A DNA stretch of 64,000 bases from an uncultured Clostridia bacterium (GTDB lineage Bacteria > Bacillota > Clostridia > Oscillospirales > Acutalibacteraceae): the NCBI GenBank assembly GCA_947585745.1, contig CANPXF010000010.1, forward strand, positions 4,479 to 68,478, read 5' to 3'. The first letter of the stretch is position 1, and every line of letters starts with the position of its first letter. Below the pieces are notes generated by a model. That model worked only from the letters and a program-made list of their open reading frames with translations. It searched no databases and was not told the origin of the DNA. This document shows positions 1-10,060 of this stretch, piece after piece. Made by a program: the position numbers and the translations under genes.

Positions 1-1605
1 TTTACCTGTAATTTCCTGAATAGCCGTTCGTATATTGGCTCTTTGAGAACCTTCCTTTAAAAGCCTGAAAGGTATCTCGCTTTCGGAGTCAATCAGCAGA
101 TAATTTCCGCTTTCATAAGCGTTTGTATTGCTGAATGCCGCGGCGATTCCCTTTGAGTATTTTTTAATATTGTCAACAACCTCTGGCCATTGTCTGAACG
201 GCTTTGCGTTGTTATAAATTTCTTCAAGATTAATTTTCTGAACCGTTTGAACAGTTTTTTCCTCCTCAACAGCGGACTTTTGAGGAGGAGATTGCTCCTC
301 AATTTTAGGAATCTTCGGTACAGACGGGGGAGCGCTTTCCTTTTTATCCTCTGTCAATTTAGTTTCCGTTTGTTCAATCGCTTTTTTATCAGACTTTTCC
401 TGTTTGGGTTCAACAGTTTTTTCTTTAATTTCAACCGTATTTATTGCGCTTTTGGATTTTAACGCTTTTTCAAGCGCAGAAATTCTCGCCGTGAGGGCCT
501 CGTTTGTACCCTCAAGCTCGGGAGAGGAAAGCTTTACAAGCGCCATTTCAAGCTCTGTTTTGTTGCTGTTGCCCTTGCCCATACGCTGATAAGTGTTTTG
601 AAGTATGTCCATAATGTAGACAATTTCTCCGAGCGTCAAATAGTCAGCCTGAGTTTGCGCCTGCTCAAATTCGTCTTCGGACATAATTATATAATTTTTA
701 GGCTTGCTTGTGCATTTTATCATCATCAGACTTCTGAAATGTTCTAAAAGCTCATCGCATAATCTCGCCATATCCTTGCTTTCTTTGTGAAGCTCGCTTA
801 AAACCTCAATCGCTTTTGATGTGTTTTTATTTATGCAAGCCGTCGAAAGCTCAAAAAGATAATCTTTTTGAGCGAGTCCCGCGCAGTTTCTGACAACATC
901 GGTGGTAATATTTGCGCTTATTCCAAGACATCTGTCCATAAGTGAAAGAGCGTCACGCATTGCGCCGTCAGAAATTGCTGAAATCATCATAGCCGCGTCG
1001 TCGTCAATGGAGGCGTTCTCATTTTTGGCAACATATTTCAGCCTTTCGCAAATATACTCAGGAGAAATTCTGTTGAAGTCAAAGCGCTGACAGCGTGATA
1101 AAATAGTTGACGGAAGCTTGTGAACCTCGGTAGTAGCGAGAATGAATATAACGTGTTCGGGCGGTTCTTCAAGAGTTTTTAAAAGTGCGTTAAACGCCTG
1201 GTCGGTCAGCATATGAACCTCGTCAATAATATAAACGCGGTATTTAGCTTTTGCGGGTGTGAATTGAGCCTCGTCAATCACGCCTCTGATATCGTCAATT
1301 CCGCGGTTTGACGCCGCGTCCATTTCAACAACATCAAGAATACTTCCGTCGTCAATACCTCTGCAAATTTCACATTCACAGCAGGGTTCACCGTTTTGAG
1401 GATTAAGGCAGTTTACGGCCTTTGAGAGTATTTTTGCGCAGGTAGTTTTACCCGTGCCTCTGGAGCCTGTGAAAAGGTACGCGTGGTTAATTCTTCCGTT
1501 TTTTACTTCATTTTTAAGCGTTTGTGTTACCTGTGGCTGTCCCGATACGTCATTAAATTTTTGCGGACGCCATTTTCGGTAAAGAACCTGATACAAAATA
1601 CTCAC
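1..1605 (-). CDS. dnaX: DNA polymerase III subunit gamma/tau (C-terminal end runs off the window)
   Basis: Absent from the ORF track because it is open to position 1. Reverse-strand translation from GTG at 1605 reads MSILYQVLYRKWRPQKFNDVSGQPQV...FTGSRGTGKTTCAKIL (Walker A)...CLNPQNGEPCCECEICRGIDDG (zinc module)...IIDEVHMLT...LKTLEEPP. SRP RNA lies directly upstream, as in Bacillus. Confidence 0.9.
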   Translation of the reverse strand, partial: MSILYQVLYRKWRPQKFNDVSGQPQVTQTLKNEVKNGRINHAYLFTGSRGTGKTTCAKILSKAVNCLNPQNGEPCCECEICRGIDDGSILDVVEMDAASNRGIDDIRGVIDEAQFTPAKAKYRVYIIDEVHMLTDQAFNALLKTLEEPPEHVIFILATTEVHKLPSTILSRCQRFDFNRISPEYICERLKYVAKNENASIDDDAAMMISAISDGAMRDALSLMDRCLGISANITTDVVRNCAGLAQKDYLFELSTACINKNTSKAIEVLSELHKESKDMARLCDELLEHFRSLMMIKCTSKPKNYIIMSEDEFEQAQTQADYLTLGEIVYIMDILQNTYQRMGKGNSNKTELEMALVKLSSPELEGTNEALTARISALEKALKSKSAINTVEIKEKTVEPKQEKSDKKAIEQTETKLTEDKKESAPPSVPKIPKIEEQSPPQKSAVEEEKTVQTVQKINLEEIYNNAKPFRQWPEVVDNIKKYSKGIAAAFSNTNAYESGNYLLIDSESEIPFRLLKEGSQRANIRTAIQEITGK

Positions 1606-1623
1606 ATCTTTTCATAAGAAAAA

Positions 1624-1807
1624 TTGCAAACCGTAACCGTAAAGTTTACGTTTACGGTATTCGTTTAAATAAGTGAACGACAGACTTACTGCATCGCATC
1701 TAAATCATGCTTAATGCTGCTCGGTTCCCCGCCTGACATGGTTCACAGACCTCAATCGTGCAGGGCCTGTCGCTCGCTTATTTAAACGATAGTACACAGG
1801 TTTGCAA
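1624..1807 (-). ncRNA. ffs: Signal recognition particle RNA (scRNA/ffs)
   Basis: Reverse strand carries the domain IV motif GTCAGGCGGGGAACCGAGCAGCATTAAGC (compare E. coli GUCAGGUCCGGAAGGAAGCAGCCAAGGC). Long closing helices: TTGCAAACC/GGTTTGCAA and CGTTTAAATAAG.../...CTTATTTAAACG. Sits 19 nt upstream of dnaX. Ends are approximate. Confidence 0.75.
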
Positions 1808-1903
1808 CTACAAAACATTTTAACACATATTTTATTTAAAATCAATAGCTAAAAGCAACGCGGTAATATGTTTTTATAAAAAATTCAGGGTACTCTGTTA
1901 ATA

Positions 1904-1942
1904 AAAGGAGATACTGACAAATTCAGTCAGCACCTCCTTTTT
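1904..1942. terminator. Hairpin terminator downstream of ilvC
   Basis: aaaggag..ctgac / gtcag..ctccttt imperfect stem with T/A runs on both sides, located between the ilvC stop and the SRP RNA promoter region. Confidence 0.45.
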
Positions 1943-1968
1943 AAATGTGTAAAGTTATTTATGATAAA

Positions 1969-3550
<1,582 letters not shown>

Positions 3551-3558
3551 AGCTTACC

Positions 3559-5184
3559 TCACAAAATCGACGGTGTATCGGGGTGAACGTTGCAAACAAG
3601 CACAAACGGCTTTTCGCTTTCAACAATATTATGAATATATTTTTCGGCGTCCTCGTTTGAGCTGACGCACGCGCTGTCTATTCCGTAAGCCTTAGCCAAC
3701 GCTACAATATCGGGAGAGTCATTTAATATAGTAGCCGAATGTCTGCCGTTGTAAAGATTATCCTGTAATTCCCTGACCATACCAAGACGGTAGTTGCGCA
3801 TTACAATAATTTTAATATTAAGGTTGTTCTGTACGATTGTGGAAAGCTCGTTTAAACTCATCTGAAAGCTTCCGTCACCGCATACAACAACGACGTCGCG
3901 CTTTTTAAGTCCGAGCTTAGCGCCTATAGCGCAGGGGATAGAGTAACCCATTGTACCCATACCGCCCGTTGTAAAGAATCTGCCCTCGCGAATACGGAAG
4001 TTGTTTGCGCACCAGATTTGATTTTGTCCGACGTCGGCGCAAAGAATGGCTTTGCTTTTAAGCATAGAGCTCAATTTTCCGATTAAGGTTCTCGGCTCCA
4101 CGTAACCGTCAAAGGTTGAAATTTTGCTTTGATAGTGGGCTTTGAGGTCCTTAACCTGCGCGTCCCACTCGTCGTTTATTTTAAAGTCGCCGATATTCTC
4201 AACAAGCTTTTTCATAACGTGATTCATATCGCCGACAATCGGAATATCAACCTTTACGTTTTTGCCGATTTCAGCAGGGTCTATATCAATGTGTATAATT
4301 TTAGTGCGTTCGCTCATCTGGTCGGGTGAGGCAATCGCCCTGTCGCCGAGCCTTGCTCCGCAAACTATCGCGAGGTCGGTAATATGGAGCGCCTTATTGG
4401 CGCATCTTCTTCCGTGAGTTCCGAGCATTCCGAGATAAAGCGGGTGGTCGCTCGGCATAACGCCGATACCCATCATTGTTGAAAGTACGGGGATTTGCGT
4501 CATTTCCGCAAATTTCTGTAATTTTAATTTAGCCCCCGAGCTTAAAACTCCGCCTCCCGATACAATAATAGGACGTTTAGACGATTTTATCAGCTCAATT
4601 GCTCTTTTAACCTGAACAGCATGTCCCTTTGTGTTAGGCTTATAGCTTTTAATATTAACGGTTTCGGGATATTCAAAGCTCTCAACGGTATTTTGCTGAA
4701 TATCCATAGGAATATCAATAAGCACGGGACCCGGACGACCCGTTGAGGCAATATGAAACGCCTCCTTAAAAATTCTCGGAAGGTCTTCGGTTCTTGAAAC
4801 AAGGTAGCTGTGCTTTGTAAAAGGTTCGCAGGCTCCCGTTATGTCCGCCTCCTGAAAAACGTCACGTCCGAGCAAATCGGAACGAACCTGACCCGTAATC
4901 GCAATCATAGGAATTGAATCCATATACGCGGTAGCTATACCCGTAATAAGGTTAGTAGCTCCCGGACCTGAGGTTGCAACGCAAACGCCCGGTTTCATTT
5001 TAGCGCGCGCGTAACCGCTTGCGGCGTGCGCGGCGTTTTGCTCCTGACGTACAAGGACATTTTTTATATCGGAATCGTATAATGAATCGTAAAACGGACA
5101 AATGGTAGCGCCTGGATAGCCAAAGACGGTGTCAACGCCCTCTGCCTGCAAGCACTTAACCATTATATCTGCTCCGCTTATCAT
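3559..5184 (-). CDS. ilvB: Acetolactate synthase large subunit (ThDP-dependent)
   Basis: GADIMVKCLQAEGVDTVFGYPGA...GTMGYSIPCAIGAK...GDGSFQM ThDP motif. Start moved to the ATG at 5184 (MISGADI), behind AAGGAGAAAGG. Confidence 0.9.
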   Translation of the reverse strand: MISGADIMVKCLQAEGVDTVFGYPGATICPFYDSLYDSDIKNVLVRQEQNAAHAASGYARAKMKPGVCVATSGPGATNLITGIATAYMDSIPMIAITGQVRSDLLGRDVFQEADITGACEPFTKHSYLVSRTEDLPRIFKEAFHIASTGRPGPVLIDIPMDIQQNTVESFEYPETVNIKSYKPNTKGHAVQVKRAIELIKSSKRPIIVSGGGVLSSGAKLKLQKFAEMTQIPVLSTMMGIGVMPSDHPLYLGMLGTHGRRCANKALHITDLAIVCGARLGDRAIASPDQMSERTKIIHIDIDPAEIGKNVKVDIPIVGDMNHVMKKLVENIGDFKINDEWDAQVKDLKAHYQSKISTFDGYVEPRTLIGKLSSMLKSKAILCADVGQNQIWCANNFRIREGRFFTTGGMGTMGYSIPCAIGAKLGLKKRDVVVVCGDGSFQMSLNELSTIVQNNLNIKIIVMRNYRLGMVRELQDNLYNGRHSATILNDSPDIVALAKAYGIDSACVSSNEDAEKYIHNIVESEKPFVLVCNVHPDTPSIL

Positions 5185-5237
5185 AAAACCTTTCTCCTTA
5201 AACCATACTTTCGGACAATAATCCAATATTAAATTTA

Positions 5238-5266
5238 ATTATAGTACAAATTGCAAAGAATGTAAA
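5238..5266 (-). promoter_or_regulatory. Putative sigma-A promoter of ilvBNC
   Basis: Reverse strand reads TTTACA, 17 nt, TATAAT about 50 nt upstream of the ilvB start. No T-box or attenuator is visible. Confidence 0.4.
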
Positions 5267-5286
5267 GTGTTTTTTAAACAGCAAAA

Positions 5287-5310
5287 GCCTTCTCCGAAAG
5301 GGGAGAAGGC
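5287..5310. terminator. Intrinsic terminator after the metal ATPase gene
   Basis: gccttctcc-gaaagg-ggagaaggc perfect 9-bp stem just downstream of the stop at 5325. Confidence 0.6.
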
Positions 5311-5324
5311 TGATTAATACAGAT

Positions 5325-7448
5325 TTATAATTTCGTTTTCAAAAGTCTTGTTGCGTAGAAAACACAAAGCATACATACTCCCGTGTCGGCTATAACGCTC
5401 ATCCATATTGCCGCTAAGCCGAAGAATGCGAGTATAATAACAACTGCCTTTATTAAAAGCGCGAAAGCGATGTTTGTTTTTACGGTCGTAATCGTTTTCT
5501 TTGCTATTTTTACCGCTTTTGGAAGAGATGAAAGGTTGCCCGAGGTTAGCACGGCGTCAGCCGAGGCAATCGCCGCGTCAGAACCCAGCCCCATAGCAAA
5601 TCCGCAGTCAGCCGCCGCTATAACGGGCGCGTCGTTAATTCCGTCGCCGACAAAGCAAACGCCTTTCTTTTCATCTTTTATCCCGTTTACTATATTAAGC
5701 TTATCCTCGGGAACAAGGTCAGAATAACATTTGTTTATTTCTTTTATTTCACTTAAAATCTTATCCGCGTTTTCCTTGTTGTCGCCTGTAAGCAAGACGA
5801 ATTTTCTGAATCCCTGATTTTTTAAGCTGTGCAAAACTGATTTAACTTCGTTTCGCACCTTATCTTTCAGCTTGAACGCGCCGATTAATTCTCCGTCATA
5901 AATCAAATACGCGTCCGCCTTAATTTTAGGCTTGCCGTTAAAAAATCTCTTGCTTACACACCTTACCGATTTACCGTCATAAACAGCGCTTACTCCTAAG
6001 CCCGACTGTTCGTTATAGTTTTCCATATTGAGAAATTCCCCATTATAGCTTTCAGCTATTGCCCGGGCAATAGGATGCGTTGAATGTTTTTCAACGCTTG
6101 CGGCGATTTTTAATAAATCGTCCTCGCTATAATTCTTAAAGGGAATTATTTTTTCAATAGTTAATTTACCCTCTGTAAGTGTTCCTGTCTTGTCAAAAAC
6201 CATTGTTTCAGACCGCGCAAGCGCCTCAAGATAACGACCGCCCTTAAAAAGCACGCCGTGCTTAGACGCGCATCCGATACCCGAGTAGTAGGAGAGAGGT
6301 ACTGAAATTACAATTGCGCAGGGGCAGGACGCCACAAGACATACAAGCCCTCTGTAAATCCATTCGGTTATATTTCCGAGGAAAATCGGAGGAATAAAAG
6401 CTATCGCAAGCGATATTAAAATAACAATAGGGGTATAAACTCCAGCGAACCTCGTAATAAGCTTTTCATTTTTACTCTTAGTTATTGAGGCCTCCTCAAC
6501 AAGCTTTATAATTCTGCTCGCTGTGCTGTCCTCGTAAGCTTTAACTGTTTTAGCCTTTAACAGGTTCGAGCCGTTTACCATTCCGCTCAAAAGCTCCGTT
6601 TCTCTTTTTGCCAAAACAGGCATACTTTCGCCAGTTACAGCCGATGTATCAACATTGCTTTCTCCGTCTGTGACAACGCAGTCGAGCGGAATTTTCGCAT
6701 AAGGCTCAATTATAATTTCCGTTCCGATTTCAACTTCGTCAGCGTCAACGGTTTTTAACAATCCGTTTTCAATAATAACAGCTTCGTCCGATTGAATGTT
6801 GGCGAGCTTTTCGATACTTCTGCGTGAGTTTTCAACCGCTTTGTCTTCTAAAAGCTCTCCTATTCCGAAAAGAATAGTAACCATTGCTCCCTCAACAAAT
6901 TGCCCTAAACAAAATGCCGATATTACAGCGACGGTCATTAAAGTAGTTTCGTCAATATGAAACTTAAACAAGGACTTAACTCCCGAAATAAAAACATTAT
7001 AACCCGAAAGCACAATCGCGGCGGCGCTGAATACCGCGACAAGAATTTCGTTTATTTTTATAACGTCAAGAATAATCGCGGTTATCGCAAAAGCAACAGC
7101 AATAAAAAGAAAAGTGTTTTGCAGTTTTGATTTATTATTATGTTCGTGAGAATGTCCGTGATTAGCTTTACAATCATCGCGCGCGCAGTCGTGACATCTG
7201 CTTTTTTCTTCATAATGACTTTTATGTTTTTCTTCCGCTTTGCTTACGGTGACTCCGTCTTCAATTCGGTCGGCAATTTTTTGGACTTTTTCGATTAAAT
7301 TGTCGTTCTGCGGGTGACTGAAATAAAGTGATTTAGTCGCAAATACCAGACTTACGTTCTCGAATCCGTCCGTTTCGGAAATTGCCTTTTCAATTTTGCT
7401 TGCGCAGTGGGCGCAGTCAAGACCGTTTAAAATAAGTTTATATTTCAT
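5325..7448 (-). CDS. Heavy-metal translocating P1B-type ATPase (Cd/Zn/Co-like)
   Basis: N-terminal HMA domain GLDCAHCASKIE, His-rich linker HGHSHEHNN, CPC motif (ASCPCAIVISVP), DKTGTLT phosphorylation site, GDGINDAP hinge. Co-oriented with an ArsR/CadC-like repressor. Confidence 0.9.
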   Translation of the reverse strand: MKYKLILNGLDCAHCASKIEKAISETDGFENVSLVFATKSLYFSHPQNDNLIEKVQKIADRIEDGVTVSKAEEKHKSHYEEKSRCHDCARDDCKANHGHSHEHNNKSKLQNTFLFIAVAFAITAIILDVIKINEILVAVFSAAAIVLSGYNVFISGVKSLFKFHIDETTLMTVAVISAFCLGQFVEGAMVTILFGIGELLEDKAVENSRRSIEKLANIQSDEAVIIENGLLKTVDADEVEIGTEIIIEPYAKIPLDCVVTDGESNVDTSAVTGESMPVLAKRETELLSGMVNGSNLLKAKTVKAYEDSTASRIIKLVEEASITKSKNEKLITRFAGVYTPIVILISLAIAFIPPIFLGNITEWIYRGLVCLVASCPCAIVISVPLSYYSGIGCASKHGVLFKGGRYLEALARSETMVFDKTGTLTEGKLTIEKIIPFKNYSEDDLLKIAASVEKHSTHPIARAIAESYNGEFLNMENYNEQSGLGVSAVYDGKSVRCVSKRFFNGKPKIKADAYLIYDGELIGAFKLKDKVRNEVKSVLHSLKNQGFRKFVLLTGDNKENADKILSEIKEINKCYSDLVPEDKLNIVNGIKDEKKGVCFVGDGINDAPVIAAADCGFAMGLGSDAAIASADAVLTSGNLSSLPKAVKIAKKTITTVKTNIAFALLIKAVVIILAFFGLAAIWMSVIADTGVCMLCVFYATRLLKTKL

Positions 7449-7451
7449 ATT

Positions 7452-7754
7452 CTACTCCAATACGTGGTCTAATCCCATTTCAATAACCTTTTTAACGTGG
7501 TCATCGTCAAGACTATAATAAATCTGTTTGCCTTCTCTTCGGATTTTAACGAGCTTATTTGTGCGGAGCACTCTGAGCTGGTGGGAAATTGTGCTGTGCT
7601 CCATATTAAGCAGTTGGGCAATTTCGCCGACTGAATGTTCGTCTTCAAAAAGCGTATACATAATTCTAAGCCTTGTGGAATCGCCGAATACTTTAAATAA
7701 GTCCGCTAACTCAAAAAGTATTTCTAATTCGGGAATACTGTTTTCTTTTTCCAT
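7452..7754 (-). CDS. ArsR/SmtB family metal-responsive repressor
   Basis: LFKVFGDSTRLRIMYTLFEDEHSVGEIAQLLNMEHSTISHQLRVLRTNKLV is a winged HTH of the ArsR family. It is the first gene of the operon with the ATPase. Confidence 0.85.
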   Translation of the reverse strand: MEKENSIPELEILFELADLFKVFGDSTRLRIMYTLFEDEHSVGEIAQLLNMEHSTISHQLRVLRTNKLVKIRREGKQIYYSLDDDHVKKVIEMGLDHVLE

Positions 7755-7781
7755 AATAACCTCCCAAAATTAAAATAATTG

Positions 7782-7807
7782 AACATATGAATAATTGTTC
7801 ATATGTT
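7782..7807. promoter_or_regulatory. Inverted repeat, probable ArsR/SmtB operator
   Basis: aacatatgaa-taattg-ttcatatgtt is a perfect 10-bp inverted repeat about 30 nt upstream of the repressor start. Confidence 0.45.
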
Positions 7808-7947
7808 AAACATATTTTATCATCATATTATATGAATGTCAATAGAAAAGTTGTAAATAATTAAAATAAATGTAAAAAATAAGAATTAATTAGAAAAAAT
7901 AAGTATTATTGAGAATGAGGGAGTATTTGTTATAAAAAAGAGTTAAA

Positions 7948-7964
7948 TTTGACTTTTTTTGACT
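7948..7964 (-). promoter_or_regulatory. CtsR operator (second copy, opposite orientation)
   Basis: Reverse strand reads AGTCAAA-AAA-AGTCAAA, matching the heptad-N3-heptad CtsR consensus. It abuts the -35 box, and a further TTTGACT heptad lies at 7964-7970. Confidence 0.65.
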
Positions 7965-7993
7965 TTGACTTTTTCTGACTTTAGCTCTATAAT
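7965..7993 (+). promoter_or_regulatory. Sigma-A promoter of the ctsR-clpC operon
   Basis: TTGACT (7965-7970), exactly 17 nt, TATAAT (7988-7993). Confidence 0.6.
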
Positions 7994-8005
7994 CAAATCA
8001 ACAAA

Positions 8006-8022
8006 GGTCAAATAAAGTCAAA
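8006..8022 (+). promoter_or_regulatory. CtsR operator
   Basis: GGTCAAA-TAA-AGTCAAA is an exact match to the (A/G)GTCAAA NAN (A/G)GTCAAA direct repeat. It lies just downstream of the -10 box. Confidence 0.8.
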
Positions 8023-8056
8023 CAAAATTATATTTGACCCCAAGGAGATGAGAAAA

Positions 8057-8512
8057 ATGCGTATGAGTGATTTAGTCGCCCAGCATATTTTGGCTATGCT
8101 TGAAGAACAAAACGGAAATGCCGAAATCAGAAGAAACGAGCTTGCTAACGCTCTCGGCTGTGTGCCAAGCCAAATTAACTATGTAATAACATCACGGTTT
8201 ACTCCCGAACAGGGCTATATTGTTGAAAGCCGGCGCGGAGGCGGAGGTTATATACGCATAACCCGGGTTAAAATGGATAAAAGCACGGCTGTTATGCATA
8301 TAGTTAATTCAATAGGGGAAACGCTTGATAAAGCTACTGCCGAAATAATGATTAAAAATATGTATAATCAGTCAATAATAGATTTACAGACTGCCCGTCT
8401 TTTAGCCTCGGCGCTGTCGGAGCGTGTATTTAAGGAAATACCGCAAAACATTCGTGATATTCTCAGAGCGAGAATTTTTAAAAATATGTTGCTTAGTATT
8501 ATAAGGAGCTGA
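8057..8512 (+). CDS. ctsR: Class III stress gene repressor CtsR
   Basis: MRMSDLVAQHILAMLEE...IRRNELANALGCVPSQINYVITSRFTPEQGYIVESRRGGGGYIRI, including the glycine-rich loop. The ATG at 8057 has GGAG 9 nt upstream; the track start at 8048 is too close to the SD. Confidence 0.9.
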   Translation: MRMSDLVAQHILAMLEEQNGNAEIRRNELANALGCVPSQINYVITSRFTPEQGYIVESRRGGGGYIRITRVKMDKSTAVMHIVNSIGETLDKATAEIMIKNMYNQSIIDLQTARLLASALSERVFKEIPQNIRDILRARIFKNMLLSIIRS

Positions 8513-8516
8513 TATT

Positions 8517-9044
8517 ATGAAATGTCAAAAATGTAAAAAGAATACCGCAGATACTCATATTAAGCGCGTTATTAACGGTGAATTTGAGGAGTATCATCTT
8601 TGCAGTGAGTGCGCAAAAGAAATGGGATACACAAATGTATTCTCAAATCTTGCCGAAGGATTTGCAAGCGATTTTAATTCGCTTTTCGGAAGCTTCTTTG
8701 AAAACGCGCTTCCCGCAAGAACCCAGGCTACGCGTTGCGAAACCTGCGGTACAACCTATAACGATATAGCAAGAACAGGTATGATGGGCTGTGCCGATTG
8801 CTACGATGTTTTTGCTGACAGAATACTTCCGACAATAAGACGCGTACACGGTAACACAACCCATTGCGGAAAGAACAGCTCAAACAATAAATCAAAAAAA
8901 GTTGAAGAAAAGTCGGAAGATGTTAAAACATCCGAGCTTGAAAATTTAAAAGCAGAGCTTGATAAAGCCATTAAAAATCAGGAGTTTGAAAAAGCCGCGG
9001 TGCTTCGTGATAAGATAAAGGAAAAGGAGGATAACAATGAGTAA
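8517..9044 (+). CDS. mcsA: Protein arginine kinase activator McsA (zinc-finger plus UVR motif)
   Basis: Paired CxxC motifs (CQKCKK...CSEC, CETCG...CADC) and the C-terminal UVR-like segment QEFEKAAVLRDKIKE. Position is between ctsR and mcsB. Confidence 0.85.
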   Translation: MKCQKCKKNTADTHIKRVINGEFEEYHLCSECAKEMGYTNVFSNLAEGFASDFNSLFGSFFENALPARTQATRCETCGTTYNDIARTGMMGCADCYDVFADRILPTIRRVHGNTTHCGKNSSNNKSKKVEEKSEDVKTSELENLKAELDKAIKNQEFEKAAVLRDKIKEKEDNNE

Positions 9045-10026
9045 CGTAATAATGCAGACAAGAATAAGACTTGCCCGAAATCTGAAAAAATACCCTTTCC
9101 CTTGCAGACTGAATACAGCTTTAAAAAATGAGGTGGCAGAGGAAATTATCAAGGCTGTGAAAAACAGCAATTCCCCATTGGCAAATGAACTTGATGTGCT
9201 TTATGTAAAGGATTTAACGGAGCCTCAGCGCATTTCACTCGTTGAACAACATCTTGCAAGTCCTGAATTTGTCAGCGATTCCGCGGGCAGAGCGTTGATT
9301 ATCTCAAAAGACCGAACAATGAGCATTATGATAAACGAGGAGGACCATATAAGACTTCAGATTTTAAAAAAGGGATTCGACCTTGATAACGCCTATGATA
9401 TAGCGGATAAACTCGATACTCTTCTTGACGAAAACCTCGACTTTGCTTTTGACGAAAAGTTGGGTTACCTTACTCAGTGCCCGACTAATCTCGGCACGGG
9501 AATGAGGGCGTCTGTAATGCTCCATCTTCCTGCTTTGAAAAGCAGTAAGGCTATAGGACGTATCGCGGGCAATCTCTCAAAATTAGGACTTACAATAAGA
9601 GGAGCCTACGGTGAGGGAAGCGAACCGCAGGGAGCAATGTATCAGCTTTCAAATCAGGTAACTCTCGGAATTTCCGAAAAGTCCGCGATAGAAAATCTGA
9701 AAAATATTGCCGAACAGCTTGTAAATCAGGAGCTTCAGGCTCAAAAGCGTATGTGCGAAAGCTTAGAAACTCAGGACAGCATTTTAAGAAGTCTCGGCAT
9801 ACTAAAAACAGCAAAGCTTATAACCTGTAAGGAAAGCCTGGAGCTTCTTTCAAACGTGCGCTTCGGTATAACCGGCGGCGTAATCAAAGACGTGGATATT
9901 GAAACCGTAGACACGCTTATAAACGATGTTCAGCCTGCGACTATGATTGTAAATAAAAAAGAAAAAATACCACCGCACGAGCGTGATATATTAAGAGCAG
10001 AAATTTTAAACAGCAGACTCAACTGA
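9037..10026 (+). CDS. mcsB: Protein arginine kinase McsB
   Basis: Phosphagen-kinase-like core INEEDHIRLQ...GYLTQCPTNLGTGMRASVMLHLPAL. Overlaps mcsA by 8 nt. Confidence 0.9.
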   Translation: MSNVIMQTRIRLARNLKKYPFPCRLNTALKNEVAEEIIKAVKNSNSPLANELDVLYVKDLTEPQRISLVEQHLASPEFVSDSAGRALIISKDRTMSIMINEEDHIRLQILKKGFDLDNAYDIADKLDTLLDENLDFAFDEKLGYLTQCPTNLGTGMRASVMLHLPALKSSKAIGRIAGNLSKLGLTIRGAYGEGSEPQGAMYQLSNQVTLGISEKSAIENLKNIAEQLVNQELQAQKRMCESLETQDSILRSLGILKTAKLITCKESLELLSNVRFGITGGVIKDVDIETVDTLINDVQPATMIVNKKEKIPPHERDILRAEILNSRLN

Positions 10027-10060
10027 CTGTTGAGCATAAAATGACAAAGGAGGAATTCGT

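Noticed and set aside
379-390. A-run (GAT AAA AAA GCG) in dnaX resembling the E. coli gamma-subunit slippery site A AAA AAG
   Set aside because: In the zero frame the heptamer is T AAA AAA, not X XXY YYZ. I saw no downstream stem-loop, and programmed frameshifting in dnaX is not established for Firmicutes.
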